From positions 5,518,001 to 5,582,000 of the forward strand of contig CAIIXF020000001.1 in NCBI GenBank assembly GCA_903813345.2: 64,000 nucleotides of DNA, in the 5' to 3' direction. The DNA is from Owenia fusiformis. Taxonomy: Eukaryota. Positions 24,642-37,347 of the stretch are shown piece after piece. Position 1 is the stretch's first letter. Each line of letters begins with the position of its first letter. Under the pieces are notes generated by a model. It saw nothing but the letters and a program-made list of their open reading frames with translations, made no database searches and was not told the DNA's origin. Made by a program: the position numbers and the translations under genes.

Positions 24642-25367
24642 AGTAAAGAGATTGAATGTTCCGTTAATTCAGTTTTATCAAATACTGGTCCTACAAGACC
24701 TTATAGTTTTGGTTATTATAGCTATTCAGAAATCAATGATGATATACCATGCATTGATAATGGCCTGGAAACAGAACCAAAAGAGCTTTCTATCAATGAT
24801 CATAGCGCTCCCAATTCTGAAATATCTGATACAGAATCATGGACAGAGTTTGGTTCAAATGTTGATTCACCTATGTATATTCATGCTGTGAAATCTAGTG
24901 CCATAGAAAAAAGGAAATGTAGTGCAATAAAAACAAGGTTATCTAGTTGTTCAAGGCACTCAAGCACTTCAGTTGACCCAGATCCGGCAACTGACACAAG
25001 TTTGGACAGATGGTCTGATGCGGAAGAGGTATTTGAGAATACTTTCTATCATTCTTTTGCTGATGGATCTATTGTGAATACTGATAGTGAATTATCTTGT
25101 ATTGAAGAAGATAATGATAAGGATGAGGATATATCAAAAATGGTGCATCAACCATTTGCCAGAAACGCAGTAATACAAGTACTTACTGAGAAAATTGATG
25201 ATGAAATAGCATTGAAGTATAACCAAGATGGCATTGAATCTGTATTTCTTGAACATTATGATGACTTTGTGAATATTGTAATGCCACATGAAAAGATTGT
25301 AGAGGAAAAAGAGGTTTGGGATGATTTTGTCCCAGGGTGGCAAGGCGATGGCTTGTGGTTGGATTAA
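23643..25367 (+). CDS. Uncharacterised acidic protein, copy B (574 aa ORF)
   Basis: Paralogue of 16556-18382, about 94% aa identity by eye outside the N-terminus; lacks the first 40 codons, has (GAT)n expansion, same stop codon. Confidence 0.65.
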
Positions 25368-26664
25368 CAGTTACCCTTATTCTAAACAATGTTTATTGCC
25401 ACAGTGTAATGTAAATTGCAAGCTTGGTATAAGCTTTATGTTAAATATTTATACTTGTATAATGCATTTAGAAGTGAAGCACATTCAGGCTAAGTATTTT
25501 GACACAGGATTAATGTTATTGTCTAGATTTAGTTTACTAATGATTTATAGGGACCTGGGTTATTTTGTGTTTCTCTCATGTTGCCTATTGGGTTTCTATT
25601 TACTTATACTTTATATCATTTATTTATTTATAAAGTGTTCCCCACTAGCAGTTTCTGTATTAGTCTTGTTATCCCTTGTGCAGTTCAAGAGACTCAGTGC
25701 AAGTCTATCTCTACATTCCAATTATTTTTGATGCAGAGAATCACCTAAAGGTTGTGTTTTTGATAAATCTCCTATTATAAAAGTAATACAATTCTTACAT
25801 TTCGATTTTTAAACAATATTTTTCTTATTGTTGCAATTGTAAGAATGATTAGGCTATAATTGTGGGATTTATTGACCCAATGAACGATGTTCTGTTGGGA
25901 TATACTGAAGCTGTCCGTCCATCTATCCGTCCATCTGGCCATTCCTCCGTCAGTCCGTCAGTCAATCAGAATTCTGTGTATAATTTTCTATTAAAACCAC
26001 TTTGATTTTTAGTTATTTACCTTTATTCAATTTTCTAGGATTTTCAAGTCTTGTGAAATGAGCTAAATTATTAATCAAAACAAATGGAAATACTTTGCCA
26101 GTTGTTTCTATCTTATGAATAGTATTCTAGCCTTACCAACACATATGCTGCCATATATTTATCCATTTATATAGCAAGTGTTGCATTATGAATTTGTTTG
26201 CTATGATTATTATCAACTGGAAATTGGTATTTTAAAAAGCTTTCAGAATTGATTTTTAGTTGAGATATTGATTTTTCTACAAGATGCCACATATTTTATG
26301 AGTCATCTGAGTGCAAGATTTATTGCAGTTCTTTTTCTTTTGTAATACATTTAATACCTGATGTCTGATAATAAATGTATTGAAGGACCCCTAATACATA
26401 GTGTTCATTTTTTATAAGTTAAGTTGTAATAAGTTGAAGTTGAAGAAAATATGTCATAATGTATAATAATTCAAGATATTGGAAATTCAGATGACAGATT
26501 TTCTTGAATTTTTACTTTTTAGACAGATTTACAATCTGGAGTATAATAAGAATAACTAGACATTATGGAGACTCTGTAGGTCGTAGGCTTTTTTTTTAAA
26601 TTTCTTTTTTTTTCAAAAATCTCTAAAATAACTTCTTTTCAAAAATCTCTAAAATAACTTTTAA

Positions 26665-29600
26665 AGGAGCATGTAAGTTATGGCAAGCCATTTTCAAAGG
26701 GCTATATCTTTAGTTCGAAGAATAATTTAACCACAAAATCAAATGGTTCTATTAGATCCATGTCTTATCTTCAATAAATGACATTAGGATGATAATCAAA
26801 ATGATTGGATTATCTCTTAAGCTGTCCCTAATCCACCCATCCTCACCAATTTCCCCTAATTCAGACGCAATTTTCACCAAAAGTGCAGGCCTTTTTAATA
26901 ATTTTTAGTGCAAAGTTGTATTGAACTTTCAGACATGATTTAAACTGTAAAGGGGAAAAGTTAATTATGAACCTACTTTTTGGTATTTTTTTTCGTGATT
27001 TTTTCGGATTTTTTCTGATATTATAAGGTGCTTCATACTTATATTATACAATTACAAAATAGAGGGCAGCTAAGTGTCATGAATAATTTGTTTCGCTGTT
27101 TCAAACACTCGGATAGTGACTTACTCAGCTTATGGATTGCCTTAATCCTGTATTTTACCTTGACAATTGTTTGTGTATAAAACAGTTGTGTCATTCACGT
27201 AGAGCTATTTATATACTGAATAGTTCTTTCTAATTACATGTGCCTGGTTTTGGCTATTCAACCTAGACTCTTTGTTTGGGCAGGCTGAAATGAATAAGTG
27301 TAAAAATAAAATGAATCACAGGGTGAGGCAAAAAATGTCATCCAAAGAAATGTTATTAGCTCATTCATCCAGTATGAGTTGAAATCATATTTAGTTAATT
27401 TTACCATGTAAAATCTTTTTGTATTTAACCATGTTTTATGGGTCCATTCCTCAAGGTCACAATTCTATGGCAATTCTACAAATTTCAGCCTCATCCCTTC
27501 AGGCAGACCTACACTGGTCGGTTGAGAATGTAAGGTCACCATCACAGAAATTGTTCTCCTACTTGTTGTAGGGGTTGACATTATCTCAGAGATAGCCCGT
27601 AGTCATGAGATGAGGCTGGCATTTTGGACCATGTTTCGTTTTATATAGCCATAAAATCCAAGACTATTTGGGCAGGGTCGATAATAACGACATTTCTAAG
27701 GGCAATATAGTGAAATATTGGACCGAGGGCCAAAGACCCAAGGTCCAATATTTCACTATATTGTTCGCAGAAATGACGTTATGAGTATTATTACCACCGT
27801 TAACGACCAGGGCTGAAATAACAAGAAAATCTTACGCACTGAACGATATCTAATTTCCCGGGGAAAAATTCCCAGTCCAGAATATATTCTAGACCGGTCC
27901 ATATGGACCACCACTATGACGTCACACATTTCTTAGGTCGACATAGTAAAATGAACGCCTTCTAAACTAGCACTAAAACCCCTAGAACTGGCCCGGCAAG
28001 GTGGTAATAATTAAACTTAGTAAAATGAAATAACATTAAACAAGGTTTTATTATGCGAAATAACACTTTAACAGATGCGGAATTTGTTTGGGCTATATTT
28101 TTGGCTCACTCGGTATTAGACTGCACTTTGATAGTATTCATAATGTCATATGTTGGGTAAAAGGCGATGATTTAACCTACTGTTGATGGCAAATTCATTT
28201 TAATACGAATGAATAGTGGCAGGTGCTATTTATATCTAATGAGCCATAAAATAGTAGGTTGATCTGGCAGATGTTAGTTGAATTCGCGAATACTACTTGT
28301 AAGGGGGTTTCAAAGCCCATGGTCACCTTTGTAGTTTCTTCATCCTAGGTCAAATCCACTCAAGAATGCTCTTAATTACAATGGTGTTATATTAGATGCA
28401 GCATCTATTAATTTCTTGAATCACAGCACCCCTAATCTTAATCATAATTCCGTTGATTGACCTACAGCATAGGCCTAGGGAAAAGTAGTAGGAAGGCAGC
28501 TTATGAGTGCTCTCGATGTTCATAATCTTACTACTACTTTTACATAGGCCTATGACCTACAGATAAGTTTGGGATTCCTTATTAAAACCAAAACCTCTAA
28601 TTCTAATTACAGCCCCTAAAAACAACAACCCCGAACCAAGTGCATGTGGCAGTCATTGAACCCAAAAGCATTTTTATATGCCAACCTATAATGAGACCCC
28701 CTTTAGTGAATAACAACCAGGTAGTCGTCTAAGGTATAGCAACATGTTCAGTTTGTAATTTTATAGAAGGTCACTGAATCCTCTAATCGTTCATTCAGTT
28801 ATGGATAAACTATGAGTACTGGGTTTTATGAGAAATAATAGCAAAGGGGCTTGGCCTGAGGCTATTAGTTCTCATAAGACCCATTTCGAATAATTTATCT
28901 AACTTAAAACCCACACTGACTCTTAGGAATGGTAAATGACCCATGATCCAAGTTTAGAAAAATTCTTTTGTATTAACTGTGAGGTAAATGTGTAGAGAAG
29001 TGGGTTGTTTTAATTGGTTCAGCTTCAATGCACCGCATGTATCAGGCAAGGTACAGTTAAAAAGTGTATTTATTTTGTGTTTACAATTCAACTATTGAGT
29101 GATTGAAAATGGTTTAATAAGTACAGCTTCGGTGCACTGCATGTGACAGTCAAGGTGTAATATTGAGCCAAACACTGTCAATCATATTTTGTACCACACT
29201 GGTTTTAGATAGCTTACAGTGTCCATTCTCTAAAAACAATACAACAAGAATGCACTCCTCTTTCTTACTACTGTACATTCTTGAAGGTGAACAAGTCTTC
29301 AAATTGATCATTTTTTCAAAATGATCGTCAGGGTCTCAAAAATTCAAATCTGACTTTAGATTTTACAATTATTGACCGCCAATGACCTCAAAGTAGAGGG
29401 TCTAAAAGGTATTTTTCAACTTGCTTCGAATTGACCGAATTTTCAAAATCACCTACAAGTTCTCAGAAGTCAAATCTGACTTTTGATTTGACATTTGACC
29501 TCTCAAGTTCAAAAAGTTTAAAAAGGCATTTTTCAACTTGCTTCAAATAACCTTTTCTTTTCAGGATTTGACTTAAACTACAAGGTGGTGACATTCGTAT

Positions 29601-31557
29601 CTCATACCCATGTACATGGGTGGTGATACAGTTTTGAAGGGTTCAATTTTTAAAGTTCTAAAAGATTATTCAATCTAATGCTATCTGAGGTATAAATACA
29701 TTCATAGTATCCATAGATGTGAAATTCGTCTAGTCAAAGATAGATAGATATAGAGTCATAAAATAAAGCCAGAATTGTTAATGTTAGTTTTTCATTGATT
29801 GTCAAAATAGCGCCATTCAAACATGTAGGTCTACAAGTGCATTAATGCACCAACAATTCATATAATCTGAATAATCTGAAACCTTAGAATTAAACTCTTC
29901 AAAGAATATATCATGCCCCAAGTACGCGGGTACGTGGGTACGAGGTATAAGGTTTTTCATACAAAGCCCGAGGTATTGACTGAGGGAATAGAGTGATCGA
30001 GTGACAATATCATAATTACACAAGGCAATACACCTATTGTCAAAGGGTAAAACCCATAGCATTAAACTGTTTATTCCATAAAAATTCCAAGCAGCAAAAA
30101 CAATCCAATAAAAAGAACAGGCGCGTTTATTGGCAAATAATATCCCCATGGTCAAAATAAATAATTCTTAGGTGTAACATGAAGAATAGAATGTTATAAC
30201 TCTTTGGAAAATATTAAAGTGCTCGGGCAAATATAGGCTGAGATATGGGCCATTTAGTTCAGTAAGGTTGTATTGACTTACATGGGACTGTGCATCATTG
30301 ACTTAACATGAGGATATCAGCAGATCCCTATAGAGGCCATTGGTTTCCATTGATTATCACCAAAATACTAAAGATACACTATGACCTGAATCGACTGCAA
30401 CCTTAATAATTTCATAATATGACACAAATGATTTATCTCATCAAATGTGCAAATATGAAGTTTGCAATCGATTCAGGTCATACTTAAAATTAAATGATTG
30501 TGCATTTTTTCATCTTTTTCCCCCTACGAAATGGCTATAGAAAAATGCTCCAAAAACAACTTTTACACTTATCAAAAATCATACAACTTTGTAAAACCAA
30601 AGAAAATACTATTATGTTTCATTATGTAGTAACATATGTGGATAAGATGTAGGGATGCTTAGGATGCAAATGGATTTTGACAGACATAAAAATACTTCCT
30701 GGTTTGGAATCTATGCCTCTACACTTCATGATTGAATTATGACCCTAATAAGTGGCCTATACATCAATACAGTGCTGAATATAGGTCAACAAGATACTAG
30801 TGTGCATATAAACACATTTATGTTTTACTGAACATACTTTACACGACACAGTCATGTTGACATATCCATGCATGCTCATTTATATAATACGCAATTATGC
30901 AACAATGAATACACACTCAGGGTATTAAGCACATGTAGAATATATCATGCCATCTATGGACCATATATAACTCTATCTATAAACATCATTGCATAAAATA
31001 GGGTACATCTAAATGTCACTCTAAGTGACATCTTTTCATACACTTCACACTAAGGTCATGGCCTATGAGGTAAAAATGACAAATGGATTAACAGATAATG
31101 CTTATCTCATTTAGATCATTTTTTTCTTTTTGGAAATCAATCATGTGACATAGCTCAATGTTTTCGTGCATTAATCTCATTAAAAAATTGCTACTTTTAG
31201 GTCAAAAATTCGGCCTAAAAAAGTTAATGTTTTTGGATTATCCTAATCCCAAAGTAATCAAGTTTTCCTTTTTAGAGGTAGATCATTCCTTGCAATAAAT
31301 TGTAATTTTGCCATAAAAGCTGAAATAAAATGCTGCATTTTTGGTGAAAATTGCGTCCGAATTAGGGAAAATTTGGTGAAGATGGTTGGATTAGGAACAG
31401 CTTAAGAGATAATCCATTCAACTTGATTATCATCCTACTGTAATTTATTGAAGACAAGACATGGATCTAACAGAACCTTTTGTTTTTGTGGTTAAAGTAT
31501 TCTTCGAACTAAAGATATAGCCCTTTGAAAATGGCTTGCCATATCTTACGTGCACCT
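26665..31557. mobile_element. 4.9-kb non-autonomous long-TIR element (Kolobok-like), only in copy B
   Basis: TIRs of about 225 bp: AGGAGCATGTAAGTTATGGCAAGCCATTTTCAAAGGGCTATATCTTTAGTTCGAAGAATA... (26665-26888) vs ...TATTCTTCGAACTAAAGATATAGCCCTTTGAAAATGGCTTGCCATATCTTACGTGCACCT (31333-31557); empty site acttttaaatttgtgacaaa at 19841-19860; no transposase-length ORF inside. Confidence 0.85.
27681..28011. mobile_element. ~330-bp interspersed element with long terminal hairpin; second copy inverted at 35372-35650
   Basis: 22-bp perfect stem 27703-27724/27742-27763; IR pair attattaccacc (27787)/ggtggtaataat (28000); reverse-complement match to 35372-35650. Confidence 0.75.
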
Positions 31558-31690
31558 TTGTGACAAATAGGAAATGTTGATAAAAACATATTTTCAAACT
31601 TTACATCGGAACTCTAAAGGAATGTACATACAGACATTAAATCAAAAATATTGATTGGAGTATAATATTCATCTGGAGTCTTAATAATTA

Positions 31691-32123
31691 CTCAGATGCG
31701 AGTAGGCAGTTACCAGTTTCGCCACCAGGTGGCTGATTCAGGGGAAATAACATGGCAGGATATTACAAAATTCCCTTGAGCTTGAATATTCATTAGTTTT
31801 AGTGGTTCACTTTTCATATTACCCTTATGTATCTGGTCATTATACAAATTAAAATACGTCCAGTAAAAGAAAATATTATCTGCCCAACACTAGAAAAGAT
31901 ATTTCACTTTTTGTGGTTTTACAACATGGGTTCTATGGGGAATCTCCCCGACCTAGAAGTCATATTTTCAAAGAAAATTAAATTTTCAAAGTTTTTTGAT
32001 AAACCCTTTTCAAAACCACATTTCTAGATGTAATTTTGCATGTAGATTCCAAATATGACATCAGTTTGACTGAATTGTGAATTTTTAATGTCATAAATCA
32101 AGATTATTTCTACTCGCATCGAG
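31691..32123. mobile_element. 433-bp MITE, only in copy B; relatives at ~14423-14686, ~34077-34430 (inverted), ~55413-55600
   Basis: CTCAGATGCGAGTAG...CTACTCGCATCGAG; absent from copy A (tggagtcttaatgattacactgg at 19951-19973). Confidence 0.75.
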
Positions 32124-35100
32124 CATATTACACTGGTGATCTACTCGATTACGCTGATTACTGAAACGAAACAAAATGTCGGAACCTCGATTTTTGTTTT
32201 TTCCTTATTCCACGCGTTAAAGGCAAAATTCCCATGACATTTTTATAACAAACACGTGTCAGAATCATATGTCTAAGAAAGTGTACATGTTTGCGAACAA
32301 TTAGAACAGAAGACCACCGAATCTTCATTTTAATACCTCTCTTAATTTACATAAACGGAACTTCGTAAAACGGTTAAGATTTGTATTTCTAACCAATTCT
32401 GTTTACGTAACTTAAGTGCTATTGTCCTCTGAACTATTTGTTCGCAAATATGTACATACATATGATACTGACACACATTTGTGATAAAAATGTCGTGAGA
32501 ATTCCGCCTACAATCGTAATTGAGTGGATCACCAGTGAATTACTCATATAAATTATTTTTGTTTAGACATCCTGTATATACTGTAGCAGTTTTTGTAAGT
32601 CTATGGTACCATTATTTTAATAACATATTTGGTGTAACTATTTTCATAGTTTTACAAATAACTGATGACTGTATTATATACTTTAGACAAAAAAAACATC
32701 TAAAAAACTGTATAGTGACCCATATGTTGGAGAAACAAGATTTCTAGTCACCTCAGAATTGACCTTGGAACACAAAGTGGCAAGATAATCCATCACCAAA
32801 TTTTTCATTAAGATTGCTCTTATTTGAACAAGTTTTATCCAATTTACACAAAAATTGTTTTCAAATGTGTAGAAATGATCATTGCCGTCTAATTTACTAA
32901 ATTTAGCACCACTTGTTGTATGCATATGTAGTAAAATTTCAAAAGCTTGCAAAAATGAAAAATTCCCTGGTTTCAACTGATTTTAAATCCTGTGATTCAA
33001 GAGGTTAATAACCATGACAATATCATTATGTCATGCTTAATTTCAATCAAACTCTACTCGCAACTACAGATGTGTGACGTCATTGATACAAAGTAGCCAT
33101 GGGAATAAAGTATAATGTAATATATCAGATCAGTTATGTCACTATTACGTGAAATATGTCGATAGTTCTTGCCCAAATACCACGGACCGTCCGTGCAAAT
33201 ACAGAGCCTCCCAAGGACAGTCTATATTGGCAGGACTGAGGCATATTTCATATAGAAGTGACATAACCTCAAAATATTATAACAAAGTATATATTTTTGT
33301 GAATTATACGTTGGAAACAGATGGAACAATAAATTCCAAAACAACTTAAATACCTGTTTTTGATGATGTTCTAATATTACAATGGCCAGATAAAGATGAT
33401 TGTGTCAGACTAACTTAAAAATATGAATTATTTTTGTTTCTGCTTCATACAGAAAGTTACAAATAATGAAACAGTAATTGACAGTAAAGCATTTTAGCAA
33501 AATTGGTATATATGCTAACAAAAGGCATGTTAACCCAGACTCCAATTGAATAATGTCATTTCTGGATTGATGAGACTTCTATCATGAGAAAATAAGTAAG
33601 CTAAAAACAGTTCACTTTGACAGATATTCAGCAGAATGTGGCTATAATTGCATTACATTGAATTACCAAATGTATAAAGATGGCCAATAATTTCAGTTTA
33701 TTAGTACATATTAGTTTTTGTATTTGAATTTTGTATTTTAAAACACTTTAGAGAGCTTCAAATGTTCTTGGGGGAGAAGCCCCTTAACCCCCTCAAAGTT
33801 TGTTTGCTTCGCTCACTCATGGCATACTCACAAAATACCACGCTATGCCACTGGAGACTTGGTTTTAAAGTGAATTTTTATATGGTTCCTGGTTTATTAA
33901 CTTACTCAGAAAGGTTTTAGATTTTAAATTTATTTAGATATATTACCAAAAACATTTCACCCAAATATTTCTTTTGAGACCTCTTACCTTTGGAGCATTT
34001 CAGAATCTGATTTCAAAATAAGCTCATCAGGATTATCATCAGAAGTTAGAATTAATATTAATTAGTGAAACAAATTGATACCAGTAGAAATCATCTTGAT
34101 TTATGTCATTAAAAAAATCAAAATTCAGTCAAAGTGATGTCATTTGAAATCTACATGTAGAAGTATATATATATATATATATATCTAGAAATATGGTTTC
34201 GAAAATTGTTTATCAGCTTTGAAAATTTGATTTTTTGAAAATTTGACTTCTAGTTTGGGGAAATACCCCATAGACCCCATGTTATAAAATCATAAAAAGT
34301 GAAATGTCTTTTCTTGTATTGGACATTTTCTTTTTCATGTTTTACTGGACATATTATAATTTTCATAACTATTAGATACATGGGGGTGATATGAAAATTG
34401 AACCACTAAAACTGATGAATATTTAAAGGTACAACAATTAGTGCAGGGAATCAATTCATGATTATCGACCAGTGTCAAAATATATTTAAGTTTGGATATT
34501 TCATCAAGATTAACTTTTTTTTTTATTTACAAAGAAACCCACTGAATGAATGTTAATTCAGCTGATATTCCTCTTGAAACGTGGTGAATCTATAAGTGGG
34601 ACTCCATTTATAGAAGCTTTGAACTGAATTTACACTTCTTAATGCTGAAATTGATAGTTTATCCATACATTTTAAGAAAATAGGTATGTCAAAAAAGATG
34701 TTAAGCCAAATATTGACCTGATAGCTCAGAAAAAATAAAAATTTACGAATTTTCTCTCGACAGTCCTTGTTGCCCCTTTAAGTTAAAGGGAACTTTCTAC
34801 TATGTTTGCTATGCTATCTGACCCAACGAGTCACCTGGTGGTGAAACTGGTAACTACCTACTCCATGGTGTGGTATCCAGTTTGTCAGTGTTTCAAACTG
34901 CGTGCATAGTATGCACAAAGTTTGGATCCCACACCATGTACTCGCATCTGAGTTATTGGGTAATGTAGATTTAAGCCTATAACCCCAGCTTTTTTGGGGG
35001 TTTATGAAAAAGCCCAACCACCAACTGGTCTGTGTTTTCCACAGGTAGCCTCAAAATGGTTTGAGTAAAATATGTAAAAGACTGACCAATCTAAAAGACT

Positions 35101-35371
35101 GACCATATTTGTAGCCTTGAATTATTTACATGTATATATTTTGATTTTGAATACAATGTCAATCATTGGTAAAGTTTTTTACCCATTTTTTCTTTTCAGT
35201 TTAGTCATGGTTAAATCAGTGGTCGGAGGTCAATCTTTTTCGTAAACCTGTCATTTTCAGATAATCAAGTCTTTGATTATAAGTATTTTCTGATGTTTCT
35301 CTTTCTACCCTGTGCGAAGCTGTTACAAAGCCTACTGCACTTGTCATTAAACCAAAGTTATGTTAATTGCC

Positions 35372-35650
35372 ATTATTACCACCTTGCCGGGGCAGTTCTA
35401 GGGGTTTTAGTGCTAGTTGAGAAGGCATTCATTTTACTTTATCGACCTGAGAAATATGTGACGTCATAGTGGTGGTCCATATGGACCGGTCTAGAATATA
35501 TTCTATATATTTCCCAGGGAAATTAGATATCGTTCAATGCGTAAGATTTTCTTGCTGTTACAGTCCTGGTCGTTAACGGCGGTAATAATACTAATAACGC
35601 CATTTCTGCGAGCAATATAGTGAAATATTGCCCTTAGAAATGATGTTATT
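35372..35650. mobile_element. Inverted second copy of the 27681-28011 element, hairpin core deleted
   Basis: attattaccaccttgccgggg...ggtccatatggaccggtctagaatatattct...caatatagtgaaatattgcccttagaaatg is the reverse complement of 27681-28011 lacking 43 nt of the hairpin. Confidence 0.75.
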
Positions 35651-35749
35651 GTACTATTCTCTTCATTGTAATCAAATGTTTGCTAACAGCTCCCAAATAA
35701 TCTTGTGGATAATTTATCATATAATTCCTGTCATCTTCATGTTCTTCAG

Positions 35750-35901
35750 AGGAGCCCTTCTATGATACAGCAGAGATCGCCTCCCCAACATATGATAACA
35801 CAGCAGCATCAGACTTTGCCTCAAATGCGGTATATAATGACCCTGCAGCAGAGATAGACAGAAAGAGACAGGAGGATGAATGGAAGAAAGACCTAGAAAA
35901 G
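35750..35901 (+). CDS. TPD52: TPD52-like exon 2
   Basis: gttcttcag|AG GAG CCC TTC...CTA GAA AAG|gtaagc = EEPFYDTAEIASPTYDNTAASDFASNAVYNDPAAEIDRKRQEDEWKKDLEK, leading into the D52 coiled coil. Confidence 0.85.
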
Positions 35902-36098
35902 GTAAGCTAGTCTGAGTTTCTCTGCGATAAGATTAAGGTTGGTGTTAGTGGTGATTCAGAAATGGCATCCTCACTTTACAGCTCTATACCAGATAAAAAA
36001 TTGAAACTCGAAAACCATAAGGAGATTATTTATATCTTGAAAGTAGAAATAATGATGAGATAAACCATAACGTAAACTATTTTGCTGATGTATTTAAG

Positions 36099-36247
36099 TT
36101 GGAAGAGGAGATCACCACCCTAAGACAGGTGCTAGGTGCCAAAGTACAGCAGGCTAATGCCATCAAGACCAAGCTGGGCATCACCCCTATGGCTGAGTTG
36201 AAACACGACTTACAACACGGCATACAGAACATAAAAGAGTCACCAGC
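36099..36247 (+). CDS. TPD52: TPD52-like exon 3 (D52 coiled-coil core)
   Basis: tttaag|TTG GAA GAG GAG ATC...CCA GC|gtaagt = LEEEITTLRQVLGAKVQQANAIKTKLGITPMAELKHDLQHGIQNIKESPA; matches the D52 signature EEEIxTLRQVLxAK...KxKLG. Confidence 0.93.
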
Positions 36248-37287
36248 GTAAGTACAAGTTGTGTCTTGCATCAAACAGATGGTTTATATTAAACTGGGAA
36301 GGTAGCAGTAGCAGGCAGTGGCACTTTTCACTTGATGAGACCCTGGGCCCAAAGTTGTCCTTCCCTTGCTGGTCTCTCTCTCACAGTCACAGTGTAACAT
36401 AAATTGATTACTTTGAAAAAATTCTCTTTGCATGCTAATTAAGGCATCGCACTTCCATGATACCTTCTGCTATTTTAATGTACCCATAACTGTTGTTGTT
36501 TATTCTGTATGAATGTGATTGAAAAGTGTTCAGATTTTTTAACTATGAACCTGTATTAGGTAGACTATATTTTAGATATTCTTAGTATACAGATATTGAA
36601 GTAACATTTTAAAGACATGCAGACAATCACAATTTGTCATTATTGAGCCTTATTGCAAAATTCTTATTCAAATTTTTATTCCCTCAACCCACTTGGGTGG
36701 GCCCAGAAAAAATTTGGGGCCTCAGTTAGTAGGCCTTTCTCAGCATTACATGGCCTTTTTGGGGCCTTTTTAGGCCAAATTATCCAAAAATGGGCCCCCC
36801 TTGTTAGCTTCTGGATCTGCCAGTGAAGAGCTATGTCCTCGTTGTTTTTGTTTTATTTTTTTAAATTTAATATTGCATTGAAATGTTTTATAGTTATTGA
36901 TGTGGTAGACTGCATGTAATCAGCTTAATGAACAGCACACTATTTGATTGATTGCGGCTTTGAATAATGCCATGAATAAAATTGTTTAAACTTTCTGATT
37001 CTGGCCTCGAAAAATATCAATTATGGTAATGTTTTTCTGATTCGTGCCTCACTCAAAATTCTGATGTATCTCCAATGTATGTTTTTTATTATCTGCAAAT
37101 AACTGGTAAATATTATATTGTGATATATACAGATTAATAAATATTTTGTTCATTGGGATTTGCTATTGTTTTTTTTAGTTTAAGTATTATCGCTCATTTG
37201 AAAACAAATTATAGTCTAGCTAGTTCTTCATTAGATATATTTACTTCAAGATATTATTTTCAGCCCAATTTTTTTTATTTTTTCCAG

Positions 37288-37347
37288 GTACCAAAAAACA
37301 AATGAAAAACTCAAGCAGTTTAATGAGAAAATCACATCTAGTGAGGC
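37288..37347 (+). CDS. TPD52: TPD52-like exon 4 (60 nt, phase 2-2)
   Basis: ttttccag|G TAC CAA AAA ACA...GAG GC|gtgagt = YQKTNEKLKQFNEKITSSEA. Confidence 0.88.

Larger units (their letters stand above)
16647..34038 (+). repeat. Tandem segmental duplication: copy A ~16647-23615, copy B ~23614-34038
   Basis: aaatttatgtaacag at 16651 and 23618; agctcatcaggattatca ends at 23615 and 34038; colinear in between apart from copy-specific insertions and deletions. Confidence 0.9.

Noticed and set aside
25321..25731. 136-aa hydrophobic ORF overlapping the end of copy B, looking like a membrane protein
   Set aside because: T-rich UTR-like DNA translates as hydrophobic; copy A has a stop and a 4-nt indel in the same frame.
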